Source: the human T2T-CHM13v2.0 reference genome, Homo sapiens. From it: a stretch of 64,000 nt of DNA. Location: the NCBI RefSeq assembly GCF_009914755.1, contig NC_060927.1; one strand, given 5' to 3'. Below, piece by piece: positions 28,770 to 41,876 of this stretch; positions within the stretch are counted from its first letter, which is position 1, and each line of letters starts with the position of its first letter. The notes below the pieces were generated by a model. The model was not told the origin of the DNA. It did no database searches and saw nothing but the letters and a program-made list of their open reading frames with translations. The position numbers and the translations under genes are program-made.

Positions 28770-29470
28770 CGGCTAGCAAGAGGAGAAAGAGATAAAGAGG
28801 AATGTGCACACCCCTCTAATTTCAGCTACTAAGCTTCAAATGAAACTGACAGTTACATACTTTGGTCAAAATTTATGATGGAGACATTCTTAACTCTAAG
28901 GGAAATTGAGAAACAGTATTTTATTCTAGACTGAATAACTACTATTTAGTTAAAAACTGCAACTTGTATTGCTTAAGGAAACAGGGATATTAGAAAATAT
29001 TATTAAGAAAATAGTATCTGCTACAACATACATATTTGCCTATTTTCTGAGAAGAGAATCCATATTTTATGAGATTTTTGGTATTAACTGGGATTTATTT
29101 GCAGATGAATTTAGACAATTAAAGCAGAAATAGGTTTATTTCAAGGTATTATTTAGCTAATGTAATTTTTAATGCATGTGGAGTCATGTAGTCAATCAAA
29201 AGTTTTGTAGCCAGGAGAAATGTCCAATCATTCCATAATACTGTTCCAGGAGAAATCCCTCTTGACACCCCTATAGCCACAGATCCCACAATCTTTGCCA
29301 AGCTACTGCAGAGAAAATCAAATGACTACATGAGTATCTCTGCCAGAAGAGCCATTAAGCCTCACTCATCCTTTACATCATTCTTCTTAATTCTGAGAAG
29401 GTAGATTGGCTTAAAGTTCCCTATCCAATCAGTTGCAAGGGATGCTGGAAAATGTAGTTTTGGGTTACAG
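28770..29470 (-). mobile_element. Ancient LTR fragments (MLT1J/K- or ERVL-like)
   Basis: TTTGGTCAAAATTTATGATGG..AACTCTAAGGGAAATTGAGAAA and GTTGCAAGGGATGCTGGAAAATGTAGT resemble old MaLR LTR ends. Very degenerate. Confidence 0.4.
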
Positions 29471-30735
29471 CCTAAGAAAATGAGAATTCACAGTGGAGAA
29501 AGGAAACAAAAATGGCAAAGGCATGTTTAAAATATTTTGTGTGTACAAGCAACATGTCTCATTTTCCAAGGTATCCGTGAATCACTAAAATTTTTTTAAT
29601 GTACTGCACTGTTTATTTGAAGACAGACATAAAATGATAATTTGACAAATTCATATATATTTTAAGAGAAATAAAAATTCATGTGTCCCAATGATATAAA
29701 CTAAGAGCAAGAATTATTTGCAACAAACTAGATACTCAAATTGTTTATATTCTCAAATTGCCTATCTCCTTTTCAAATAAATAAAAATATTAAATTAACA
29801 TAATAGGTAAAAATAATTGATGTATTAATTATACATTTATAGGCATAGACATTCAAATGCAAAAAATAAATAAATAAATATTTTATTTTAAATCTTAAAT
29901 CTTAAAATCTATACTCCCTATCACATTAAAAAATATGATGAGTGGTTTGATCATTTATTTTATTATAAAATAAAAATAGATACATTAAAGTGAGAAAAAC
30001 TTACCAGATTTAGACTTAAAATATCTGTATTCAAATGTTCTTTTCCCTAATTTCTTACTTTTAACGTTTCAGAGGCTTAGTTATGTGACTAAGAAAATAT
30101 GGATAACGAAAACTATCTCATAAGTTTAAAAATGTAATTGAAGTAACACATGAATCAGTTTATGAACAAAGGCGAATTGTGACAAAATAGAAAGAAAAGA
30201 ATCATTTGTATCACTGACACATGAGACTTGGATTTCTAGTAAGCAAAAGAAAAAGCTATCAGGCATAGGAAATAATGTCCTTGAATCAAAACGAATTATA
30301 ATTATTGATTTTTTAAAATTGATTATCTTCAATATTCTGACTTGAAGAGTAAGGCGTTGGTCTGAATAGCATTAGATATAATGAGAGTACTAAGCACACA
30401 CACACAAAATATACTCTTTTCATATTTGAGGAGTTTCCATTGTATTATTATTATTTTTTTGTTGTTGTTTGCATTCATGGGTGTATTTAGGCAAATTTCC
30501 CTGATTCTTCATAGCATCGCTAGCAAATGAACCCTTTCCCTACCTGGTCCCGCGGTAGCAACTACGATGATCTTATGTGGGATAATAGACTCAGAGAAAA
30601 CATCTCTAGGTGAAAATAAATAATAAATAAAAGATCATCATTCACTTGGCTATAACAATAAAAATGCTAGTCCTAAAGTATACAGTAATAAGGAAATACA
30701 CAGATTCACTGATATTCTTATTAGTCCTGCTCTGG

Positions 30736-31172
30736 TGTATTACTTTCTTATGGCTGAGGTAACAAAGTACCACAATCTGGGTGGCTAATAAAAACCTAGT
30801 GTTTTTTTTTCTCACAGTTCTGGAGGCTACAAGTCTGGAAATCAAGATGTTAGTAGGATCATGCTCTCTGAGACACTGGGAAGAATTCTTTCTTGCCTTT
30901 TCCCAGTTACTGTGGGTTGTCATCAATCCTTGTGGGTTGTCATCCTTGACAGTCTTTGGTTTGTAGCTGTATCATCTCTGCCTCCATCACCAGTTACAGA
31001 GTTCTCCCTATGTGTCTCTGTCCTTTTCTTAAAAGGACACTAGTCATATCCTAATGATGTCATCTTAACTTGATTACATCTGCAAAGACTCTGTTTCCAG
31101 AGATCACATTCTGAGGTACTACGGGTTAGAAATCAAAATACCGTTTGCAGGGACAAAATGCAACTCATAATA
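30736..31172 (-). mobile_element. MLT1C-like LTR
   Basis: TGTATTACTTTCTTATGGCTG..GTAACAAAGTACCACAA..TGGGTGGCT start; CTCACAGTTCTGGAGGCT; GGGACAAAATGCAACTCATAA end. Confidence 0.85.
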
Positions 31173-31459
31173 TTTGCATCCTTGAAAAATGTATATGTAT
31201 TTATATTAATTATACATTTTGTTTATATTAAATATATGTAATATGTATTATATATCTAAGTATATATAATATATATTTATATATGTATATATAATACATA
31301 TCTATATATATGTAAATATATATTATATATTTACATGTACAAACCAATGGGTACATTATGAGTTGTACTGTGTCCCTGCAAAAGATATGTATATATAAAA
31401 AACAAGCCAACATGTGTATTACACACACACATACACACCCATTGGTTTGTATAAATATA

Positions 31460-32390
31460 TAATATATATTTATATGTAAATATATAATATATATTTAATA
31501 TATTTATATGTAAATATATAATATATATTTAATATATTTATATGTAAATATATAATATATATTTAATATATTTATATGTAAATATATAATATATATTTAA
31601 TATATTTATATGTAAATATATAATATATATTTAATATATTTATATGTAAATATATAATATATATTTAATATATTTATATGTAAATATATAATATATATTT
31701 AATATATTTATATGTAAATATATAATATATATTTAATATATTTATATGTAAATATATAATATATATTTAATATATTTATATGTAAATATATAATATATAT
31801 TTAATATATTTATATGTAAATATATAATATATATTTAATATATTTATATGTAAATATATAATATATATTTAATATATTTATATGTAAATATATAATATAT
31901 ATTTAATATATTTATATGTAAATATATAATATATATTTAATATATTTATATGTAAATATATAATATATATTTAATATATTTATATGTAAATATATAATAT
32001 ATATTTAATATATTTATATGTAAATATATAATATATATTTAATATATTTATATGTAAATATATAATATATATTTAATATATTTATATGTAAATATATAAT
32101 ATATATTTAATATTTTTATATGTAAATATATAATATATATTTAATATTTTTATATGTAAATATATAATATATATTTAATATTTTTATATGTAAATATATA
32201 ATATATATTTAATATTTTTATATGTAAATATATAATATATATTTAATATTTTTATATGTAAATATATAATATATATTTAATATTTTTATATGTAAATATA
32301 TAATATATATTTAATATTTTTATATGTAAATATATAATATATATTTAATATTTTTATATGTAAATATATATTATATATTTATATGTAAAT
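31460..32390. repeat. 34-bp AT-rich minisatellite, ~27 copies (TATTTATATGTAAATATATAATATATATTTAATA)
   Basis: The single G recurs every 34 bp from 31476 to 32360. Degenerate units extend to ~32580. Confidence 0.95.
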
Positions 32391-33457
32391 ATATAATATA
32401 TATTTTATATATTTATATGTAAATATATAATATATATTTACATGTAAATATATATTATATATTTACATGTAAATATATATTATATATTTATATGTAAATA
32501 TATAATATATATTTACATGTAAATATATATAATATATACTTAATATATTTTTACATGTAAATATATAATATATATTTATATAAACTATTTATATATACAT
32601 ACATATATAATAAACTGTCTTTAAAAATTATTTGTTTAATAATAACTCTTCTCATCATGTTCAGCTAGCACGAGGAGAAAGAGATAAAGAGGAATGTGCA
32701 CACCCCTCTAATTACAGCTGCTAAGTTTCAAATGAAACTGACATTTATATACATACATATATACATATATATAATGTATATGTAAATATATTTTATATAT
32801 ATATAAAGTTTTCAAGGATTCAAAAATTATGAGTTGTACTGTGTCCCTGCAAAAGATATGTATATATAAAAAACAAGCCAACATGTGTCTTACACACACA
32901 CATACACACCCATTGGTTTGTTTTTTATGTCCCTTATTTTTGTGTGCAATTTAATTTTTAGTTAATCCTGGGGGATGCAATGGATTCCTTATAAGGTTTC
33001 TAGGTTACTGGTGAACAGTGAGAAAGTGAACATTTCAAGACTCAGAAGGCCCATATCCTAGTCCCAATTTCACCACAAATAAACTATAATGCTGGGCCAA
33101 TGTAAGGATGTCTAATGTCTACTGTGAGGATAGCATAAGATAGTACACTTCACTGCAATTTCAAATGTATGACTTTTTCTTTGGAAGCTAAGACCTCCTT
33201 ACAGGATAATAGGAAGGAGATGGCAAGGGTTACTTGTTTGTTTCATACACCAAAAAACAAAACTGAGTTGATGGGAAACATAAGAGCTAAATCACTTTAA
33301 CAAGATAAAGGCTTTTTTAAAAAACAGAGGTGTTTGTCAGAGTAGTAATAGGAAGGGTCAATTTGTATGTCACAAATTAGAATAAAGGGAATAGAGGCTG
33401 CTCACATGTTTAGACAAGGTTTTGGGCACCAAAGAAATGTCATATGTTGATAAGATT

Positions 33458-34343
<886 letters not shown>

Positions 34344-34349
34344 TAAAAA

Positions 34350-34457
34350 AAAAGAAATCTCAAAAAACTGGATATCAAAGGAACATACCTCAACATAACA
34401 AAAGTCCTATATGAAAGATCAACAGCTAGTATCACATTGAATGGGGAGAAAATTGAA
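34350..34457 (+). mobile_element. L1MA1-3-like ORF2 fragment (left piece of host)
   Basis: CTCAAAAAACTGGATATCAAAGGAACATACCTCAAC...ACAGCTAGTATCA..GAATGGGGA. Confidence 0.65.
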
Positions 34458-37400
34458 TCAAAAGAAATGTGCAACATCTCCAAGAAATGCAGAATTACAT
34501 AAAATGGCCAAACTTAAAAATAATTGGTGTTCCTGAGAGAGAAGAGAAAGCAAATAGTTTGGAAAATTTATTTTAGGAAATAAAGAAAACTTCCCTGGCC
34601 TTGCTAGAGTTTTAGATAGCCAAATACAAGAAGCTCAAAAAACTCCTGGGAGATTCATTGCAAAAAGTTCATCACCAAAGCATATAGTCATTAGGCTATC
34701 TAACAGTAACATTAAGGAAAGCATTCTAAGAACAAATGAGACAAAACCATTAGGCAAACTATAAATGAAAACCTATCAGACTAACAGCAGACTTTTTAGC
34801 AGAAACCTTACAAGCCAGAAGGAACTGGGGAACTATCTTTAGCCTCCTTAGACAAATAACTGTCAGTCAAAATTTTTGTATTTAGTAAAATTAACTTTCA
34901 TAAATGAAGGGGAAATTAAGTCATTTTCAGACAAACACATGTGAAGGAATTTATTACTACCAGAGTAGCCATATAAGAAATGTTAAAATGAGTTATAAAT
35001 CTTGAAGCAAAAGTCCTATATGCACCAGAATAGAATCTCTTTAACGCATAAAACGCACAGGACCTATGAAATAGTAACACAATATTAAAAAATGAAGTTA
35101 ACTAGGTAACAATTAACATGATGACTAGAATAGTACTTCACATTTCAGTATTAATTTTAAATGTGAATGGCTTAAATGCTTCACTTAAAAGATACATTTT
35201 GGAAAAATGGATTAAAAAAAATCAGATACCAAGTATCTGTTGTGTTCAAGAGACTGACCTAACACATAAGTATTCATATAAATTTAAGATAAAGGGGTAG
35301 AAAGATATTTCATACAAATTAAAACCAAAAGCAAGTAGGAGTAACTATTCTCATATCAAATAAAAAGGACTTTAAAGCAACAACAGTAAAAAAGTCAAAG
35401 AAGGTTATTGTATAATGATAAAATAATCAATCTAACAAGAATATATTAATTAAATTCTAAACTTACATGCACCTAACACAGGAGTTCCCAGATTCATAAA
35501 ACAGTTACGCCTTTACTCAAGAAATAAGACACCAAGACAATAATACTGGGAAAATTCAATACTCCATTAACAGTACTAGACAGGTCATCCAGACAGAAAG
35601 TCAACAAAGAAACAATGAACTTAAACTACACTCGAGAACAAATGGACCTAATAGACATTTACAGAACATTCAACCCAAGAACTGCAGAAAATTCATTCTT
35701 CTCATCAGCACATGAAACATTCTCCAAGATATACCATATCATAGGCCACAAGACAAGTCTCTATAAATTAAAAAAATAAAAAACATGTCAAGTGTCTTCT
35801 CACATCACAGTGGACTAAAACTAAAAATCAACTCCAAAAGAAACCCCTAAAACTATATAAATACATGGAAATTAAACAGTATGCTTCTGAATGATTTTGG
35901 GATAGCAATGAAATCAATATGTATATTGAAATATTATTTGAAATGAATAATAACAGTGACACAATTTATCAAAACTTCTGGATACAGCAAGAGCATTGCT
36001 AAGAGGGAATTTTATAGTGTTATATACCTACATCAAAAATTTGAAAGATCACAAATTAACAACCTAATATCATACCTCGAGAATCACAAAAACAAGAACA
36101 AATTGAAGCCAAAGTTACCAGAATAAAAGAAATAAGAAAGATTACAGCAGAACTAAATGAAATTGAAACAAAAAATGCAAGAAAAGTTGGTTATTTGAAA
36201 ACATAAATGAAATTGACAGAACATTAGCTAGATTAACCAAGAAAAGAGAGAAGATTCAAATATGCTTAATTAGAAACGTTACAACTGACACTAGAGAAGT
36301 ATAAAAGATCATTCAAGACTACTATAAACACTTTTATGCACACAATCTAGAAAACCTAGGAAATGGATAAATACTTGGTAACATCAACCCTCCAAGATTA
36401 AATAAGGAAGAAATTGAAACCCTGAACTGACCAGTAACAAACAGCGAGGTTCAATCAGTAATTTTAAAATTGCCAATAACAAAAAAGCCTAGGGCTAGAT
36501 GGAGTCACAGCTGAATTCTACCAGACGTTCAAAGATGAATTGGTACCAATCCTACTGAAATTCTTCCAAAATATTGAGAAAGAGGGAATCCTCTCTGAAT
36601 TGTTCTATGAAGCCAGTAACATCCTGATACCAAAACAAGGAAAGGCCATAACAAAAGAAATTAAAAAAAACCTACAGACAAATATTCCTGATAAACTTAG
36701 ATGCGAAAGTCCTCAACAAAATACTAGCTAACCAAATCCAACAGCATATCAATAAAGTAATCCACCATGATTAAGTGGGTTTCATCTTAGGGATGCAGGG
36801 ATGATTTAACATATGCAAGTCATAAATGTGATACACCTATAAACAGAATTAAAAACTAAAACCATATGATCATTTCGATAGATGCAGAAAATGCATTCAA
36901 TAAAATCCAGCATCATTTAATGACAAAAACCCTCAACAAACTAGTCATAGAAGGAACTTACCTCAAAATATGAAAAACCCTCAACCAACATCATACTGAA
37001 TGGAAAGAGTTGAAAGCATTGCCCCTGAGAACTGGAACAAGACAAGGATGCACAGAATGGGAGAAATGCATTCAACAAAGGGCTAGTATAAAGAATCTAC
37101 AAGGAATTCAGACAAATCTGCAAGAAAAAAAATAATAATCCCATCAAAAAGTTGGAGAATGACATGAATAGACATTTCCCAAAAGATGTACAAATGGCCA
37201 ATAAATATGTTTTAAAAGTTCACCATTATTAATCATCAGGGAAATGCAAATCAAAACCACAATGAGATACCACCTTACTCCTGTAGGAATGTCCATTATT
37301 AAAAGGTAAAAACAAAATAGATGTTTTTGTGGATGTGGTGAAAGAGAATGCTTACACACTGCTGGAGGGAATGTAAATTAGTACAACTTCTATGGAAAAC

Positions 37401-37975
37401 AGTATGGCAATTCCTTAAAAAACTAAAAGTAGACCTACCATTTGATTCAGCAATCCCACTACTGGGTATCTACCCAAAATAAAAGGAGTTATATGAAAAA
37501 GACACATGCACGTGTATGTTTATTGCAGCCCAGTTCACAATTGCAAAGATTGGAACTAATCTGAAAACCCATAAACCAATAAGTGGATTTTTAAAATGTG
37601 ATATATATGCACTACACAATGCTTCTCATCCATAAACAGGAATGAAATAATGTATTTTTCAGCAACTTGGATGGAGCTGGAGGCTATTATTTCAAGTGAA
37701 GTAACTCAGGAACGGAAAATCAAACATCATATGTTCTCACTTAGAGAGTTAAACTATAAATATGCAAAGGCACACAGAGTAATATAATGGATTTTGGAAG
37801 CTCACAATGGGTAGGGTGGAATGTGGGATAAAAAACTACATTTTGGGTACAACATGTACCCAAATGAGTGATGGATGCCTTAAAATCTCAGAATTTGCCA
37901 CCATATAATTCATTCATGTAACCAAAAACCACTTGTACCCCAAAAGCTATTGAAATTAAAAAATAATAATAAAAA
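34458..37975 (+). mobile_element. L1PB3/4-like element (ORF1 3' half, endonuclease, partial RT, 3'UTR) with internal deletion at ~37051
   Basis: ORF 35118-35300 (HISVLILNVNGLNASLKRY...ICCVQETDL) is the L1 endonuclease N-terminus. ORF 36540 [18 protein letters not shown]. The L1PB 3'UTR ends CAAAAGCTATTGAAAT plus an A-rich tail. Confidence 0.9.
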
Positions 37976-38530
37976 GGAAATGTGGTGCATGTACACAATG
38001 GATTACTATTTATCCAGTTAAAAAACAATGAGATCCTGTCATTTGTAACAACATTGATAGAACTGGAGGTAATTATGTTAAGTGAAATAAGCCAGGCACA
38101 GAAACACAAACTATGCATGTTCTCACTTATTTGTGGGACCTAAAAATTAAAACACTTGAACTCACAAAGATTGAGAGTAGAACAATGGTTACTAGAGGCT
38201 GGGAAGGGTAGTGGGGAGAGAGGGATATGGGGATGGCTCATGGGTACAAAAATATAGTTAGATAGAGTAAATAAGATCTAGTATTTGAAATTACAACAGG
38301 GTAAGTACAGCCAACAATAATTTGTTGTTCATTTTAAAAATAACTAAAAGTATATAATTGGATTGTTTGTAATACAAAGAAAGAATAAATGCTTGAGGTG
38401 AAGGATACCCCATTTACTCTAATGTGGTTATCACATATTGTATGTCTGTATCTAAATATCTCGTGTGTTCCATCAATATATATACCTTCTATGTACCCAC
38501 AAAAATTAAAGATTAAAAATTAAAAAAATA
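37976..38530 (+). mobile_element. L1MA1-3-like 3' end (right piece of host)
   Basis: GAGATCCTGTCATTTGTAACAACA...ATAAGATCTAGTATTTGA...TATGTACCCACAAAAATTAAA tail. Confidence 0.85.
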
Positions 38531-38737
38531 GATTCTCTGAAAACATATGCTTCATTAAAGTCATTGTAAAGCTAGATGCAGTACATTTTTTGCAAGTTTG
38601 TGCATTTAACTTACAATTAATATCAAGACTATTGTATTATATCAGCGTTGTTTTGATTGTAACTGACAGCAATTCCTACCCAAACTAGCTAAAAACAAAA
38701 ACAAAAAAGTACTATAATGAATTCTGTATAATGACAC

Positions 38738-39173
38738 TGTATTAGTCAGAGTTCTCTAGAGGGACAGAACTAATGGAATATATAAAGGGGAGTTTATTAA
38801 GTATTAACTCACTTGATCACAAGGTCCCACAATAGGCCATCTGCAGTCTAAGGAGCAAGGAGAGCCAGTTTGAGCTCCAAAACTGAAGAACCTGGAGTCC
38901 GATGTTCGAGGGCAGGAAGCATACAGCATGGGAGAAAGATGGAGGCTGGGAGACTAGGCCAGTCTCTCTTTCCACATTTTTCTGCTTGCTTATATTCTAG
39001 ACACGCTGGCAGCTGTTTAGATTGTGCCCACCCAGATTAAGGGTGGGTCTGCCTTTCGCAGCCCACTGACTCAAATGTTAATTTCCTTTGGAAAGACCCT
39101 CACAGACACACCCAGGATCAATACTTTGTATTCTTCAATCCTATCAAGTTGACACTCAGTATTAACCATCACA
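38738..39173 (-). mobile_element. MLT2A (HERV-L) 3' LTR, complete
   Basis: TGTATTAGTCAGAGTTCTCTAGAGGGACAGAACTAAT ... GTTGACACTCAGTATTAACCATCACA. TSD GACAC 38733-38737 vs GATAC 41877-41881. Confidence 0.92.
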
Positions 39174-41810
39174 AGTCCACCCCTTGTCAAACTTGAACCC
39201 ATACACATGTCCTGAGATCATACATAATCTTCAAATAAAGACAATAAAGCCAATAATAAGGTCATAATTGTGCCTAACATAATACAACTATGCTTCCTAC
39301 AACCAGAAATGCACCAATTACCCACCCAAATACAACTACATAAAGTTAACAATACTTAGACGTTGATGTGAAGTCAATAAATCTTATGTCACATGTTAAA
39401 GGAGAAAGCAAATAAAATGAAGATATTTTCTTAGTACAAGTCTATATGTGCACAAATATGTTTTAAACAAAACAAGAAGGAAATATTCATAACAATTACA
39501 GTCCTCATTTCTGCAGCTGATCATGTGGTCATAACGGGTATTGATGACTACATTCTTCTACTATCCATTCTATATTCCCTTTGCCTTCAGCAAGCACCTC
39601 AGCAGGTAGTGGATCTCTTCCTGGTGGAGTGACCCAAACCTTCATTCCTGAAGCGTCTGGGTCATGTGCAGTCCTGCCTGGATTGGGCTGTTTTAGTTTC
39701 CCACTGACCTTAATCACAGGGCATGGTAATACTAAGAGATGCCCTAATGGATCTTCTGTATTCCATGCATACTCTTTCTTACCTCCGTTGTGGAGTACTA
39801 GACTAATTTCATCTTGACAGTCCCAGCCAATCACCCAAGCTAACACTGTAACTCCCTTCTTAGCCTGTTGACTTAAAGGTAGGAGGAGCCCAAAGTATCC
39901 AGATGACAATCTTAACTTCCAGTTTAATGGAATCGTTGTTGTGTCTCCTGGTAGCAGCATTCCTCCCTCTGGAATTAGACCTCTAGGCACGCAGTACGTA
40001 ATGTTGTGGGAACAGAAAGCAAAAAATTATTACTAGTGGATCACTAGGGGTAATGGTGAGTGGTGCCACTTCCATTTCTACACCTTGATTTCTTGACCCA
40101 TGAATCCTGGCTACAGGAGAAACACTACCCATATATTGGACACTGATTCAGAGCATACACCACCTTCTGGAGAACTTTGCCCCAGCCCTGCAAAGTATTG
40201 TCACCTAGTTAGCATTGTACTTGTGGCTTCAAAAGGCCATTCTACCTTTCTATCAATCCAGCTGCTTCAAGATGATAAGGAACATAGTAAGACCAGTGAA
40301 TTCCATGAGCATGAGGCCACTGCTATACTTCTTTAGCTGTAAAGTGAGTGTCTTGGTCAGAGACAATGCTGTGTGGAATACCATGACGGTGGATAAGGCA
40401 TTCTGTGATTCCACAGATGGTAGCATTGGCAAAAGCATTGTGCGCAGGATAGGCAAACCCATATCCGGAGTCAGTATCTATTCTAGTGAGGACAAACATC
40501 TGCCCTTTCTATGATGGAAGAGGTCCAATATAATCAACCTGCCACCAGGTAGGTGGCAGATCACCCTGAGGAATGGTGCCATATCGAGGGCTCAATGTTG
40601 GTCTCTGCTGATGGCAAATTGGGCACTCAGCAGTGGCCGTAGCCAGGTCAGCCTTGGTGGTGGAAGTCCATGTTGCTAAGCCAATGTGTAACCTCCATCC
40701 CTGCTACAATGTTCACTTTGTTCATAGGCCCATTGGGCAATGATAGGGATGGCTGGGGACAGAGGCTGAGGGGTATCCACAGAACGAGTTATCCTATTCA
40801 CTTGATTATTAAAATCCTCTTCTGCTGAGGTCACCCTTTGGTGAGCACTCACATGGGATACAAATATCTTCACAGTTTTTGACCACTCAGAGAGGTCCAT
40901 CCACATACCTCTTACCCAAATTTCTTTGTCACCAATTTTCCGATCATGCTTCTTTCCAGTCCCTGACCATCCAGCCAAAGCATTGGCTACAGGCCATGAA
41001 TCAGTATATAATCGCATATCTGGCCATTTTTCCTTCCATGTGAAGTGTAAAACTAAGTGCACTGCTGGAAGTTCTGCCCAGTGGGAAGATTTCCCCCTAG
41101 CACAGTCCTCCTTCAGGGATGTCCTAGAAAGGAGCTGTAATGCTGTGGCTGTCCACTTTCGAATGGTGCCTGCATGTTGTGTGGGACCATCTGTGAACCA
41201 GGCTTAGTCTCTCTTCTTCTGTCAGTTGATAATAAGGAACTCCCCATAAGGCTGGTGCAGGCTGGGGGAGAGGTACAGGGTGGCAGGAGTGAAGACCATG
41301 GGTATTTGAGTCACTTCCTCATGTAACTTACGTGTGCTTTTAGGACCTGCTTGAGCCCAAACACGTATAGACACTTCTATTTGATAATGGAATGCTGCTG
41401 TGCATGACTCACTTTATGACTAGATGGGTCAGACAGCACCCAGTTCATGATAGGCAGTGCAGATCACATGGTGACTTGATGACCCTTAGTCAAAAGTTCA
41501 GTTTCCACCAAAGCCCAGTAACAGCTGTCTCTCAAAAAGAGAGTAGTTATATGCAGAAGATGGCAGGGCCTTGCTCTAAAATCCTTGAGGTCTCCCCTAT
41601 GATTCACCTATGGGGGCCTGCCAAAGGCTCCATATAGTATCCCTATCTGCCACTGACACTTCAAGCACGATTGGATCTGCTGGGTCATATGGCCCAAGTA
41701 GCAGAGCAGCTTGCACAGCAGCCTGGACCTGTTGCAGAGTCTTCTCCTGTTCTGTACCCCATTCAAAACTGGCAGCCTTTTGGGTCACTCGATAAATGGG
41801 CTGGAGTAAG
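39174..41810 (-). mobile_element. HERV-L internal region: RT connection, RNase H, integrase, dUTPase (disrupted)
   Basis: ORF 41597-41875 LLQPIYRVTQKAASFEWG (RT). ORF 40676-41062 LYTDSWPVANALAGWSGT..HVSAHQ (RNase H). ORF 39529-39990 is dUTPase-like. Confidence 0.92.
39529..39990 (-). pseudogene. HERV-L dUTPase-like reading frame (153 aa open)
   Basis: LLPGDTTTIPLNWKLRL..GYFGLLLPLSQQAKKGVTVLA.VI..D.QDEISLVLHNGG matches the ERV-L dUTPase located after integrase. Confidence 0.75.
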
Positions 41811-41876
41811 ACACCCAGGATCAATACTTTGTATTCTTCAATCCAATCAAGTTGACACTCAGTATTAACCATCACA
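41811..41876 (-). mobile_element. Residual outer 66 bp of the MLT2A 5' LTR
   Basis: Near-identical to 39108-39173; I see one mismatch (CCTATC vs CCAATC). Confidence 0.9.

Noticed and set aside
31460-32390. Regular 34-bp periodicity resembling a CRISPR array
   Set aside because: Head-to-tail repeats with no unique spacers, no cas genes, and a primate context.
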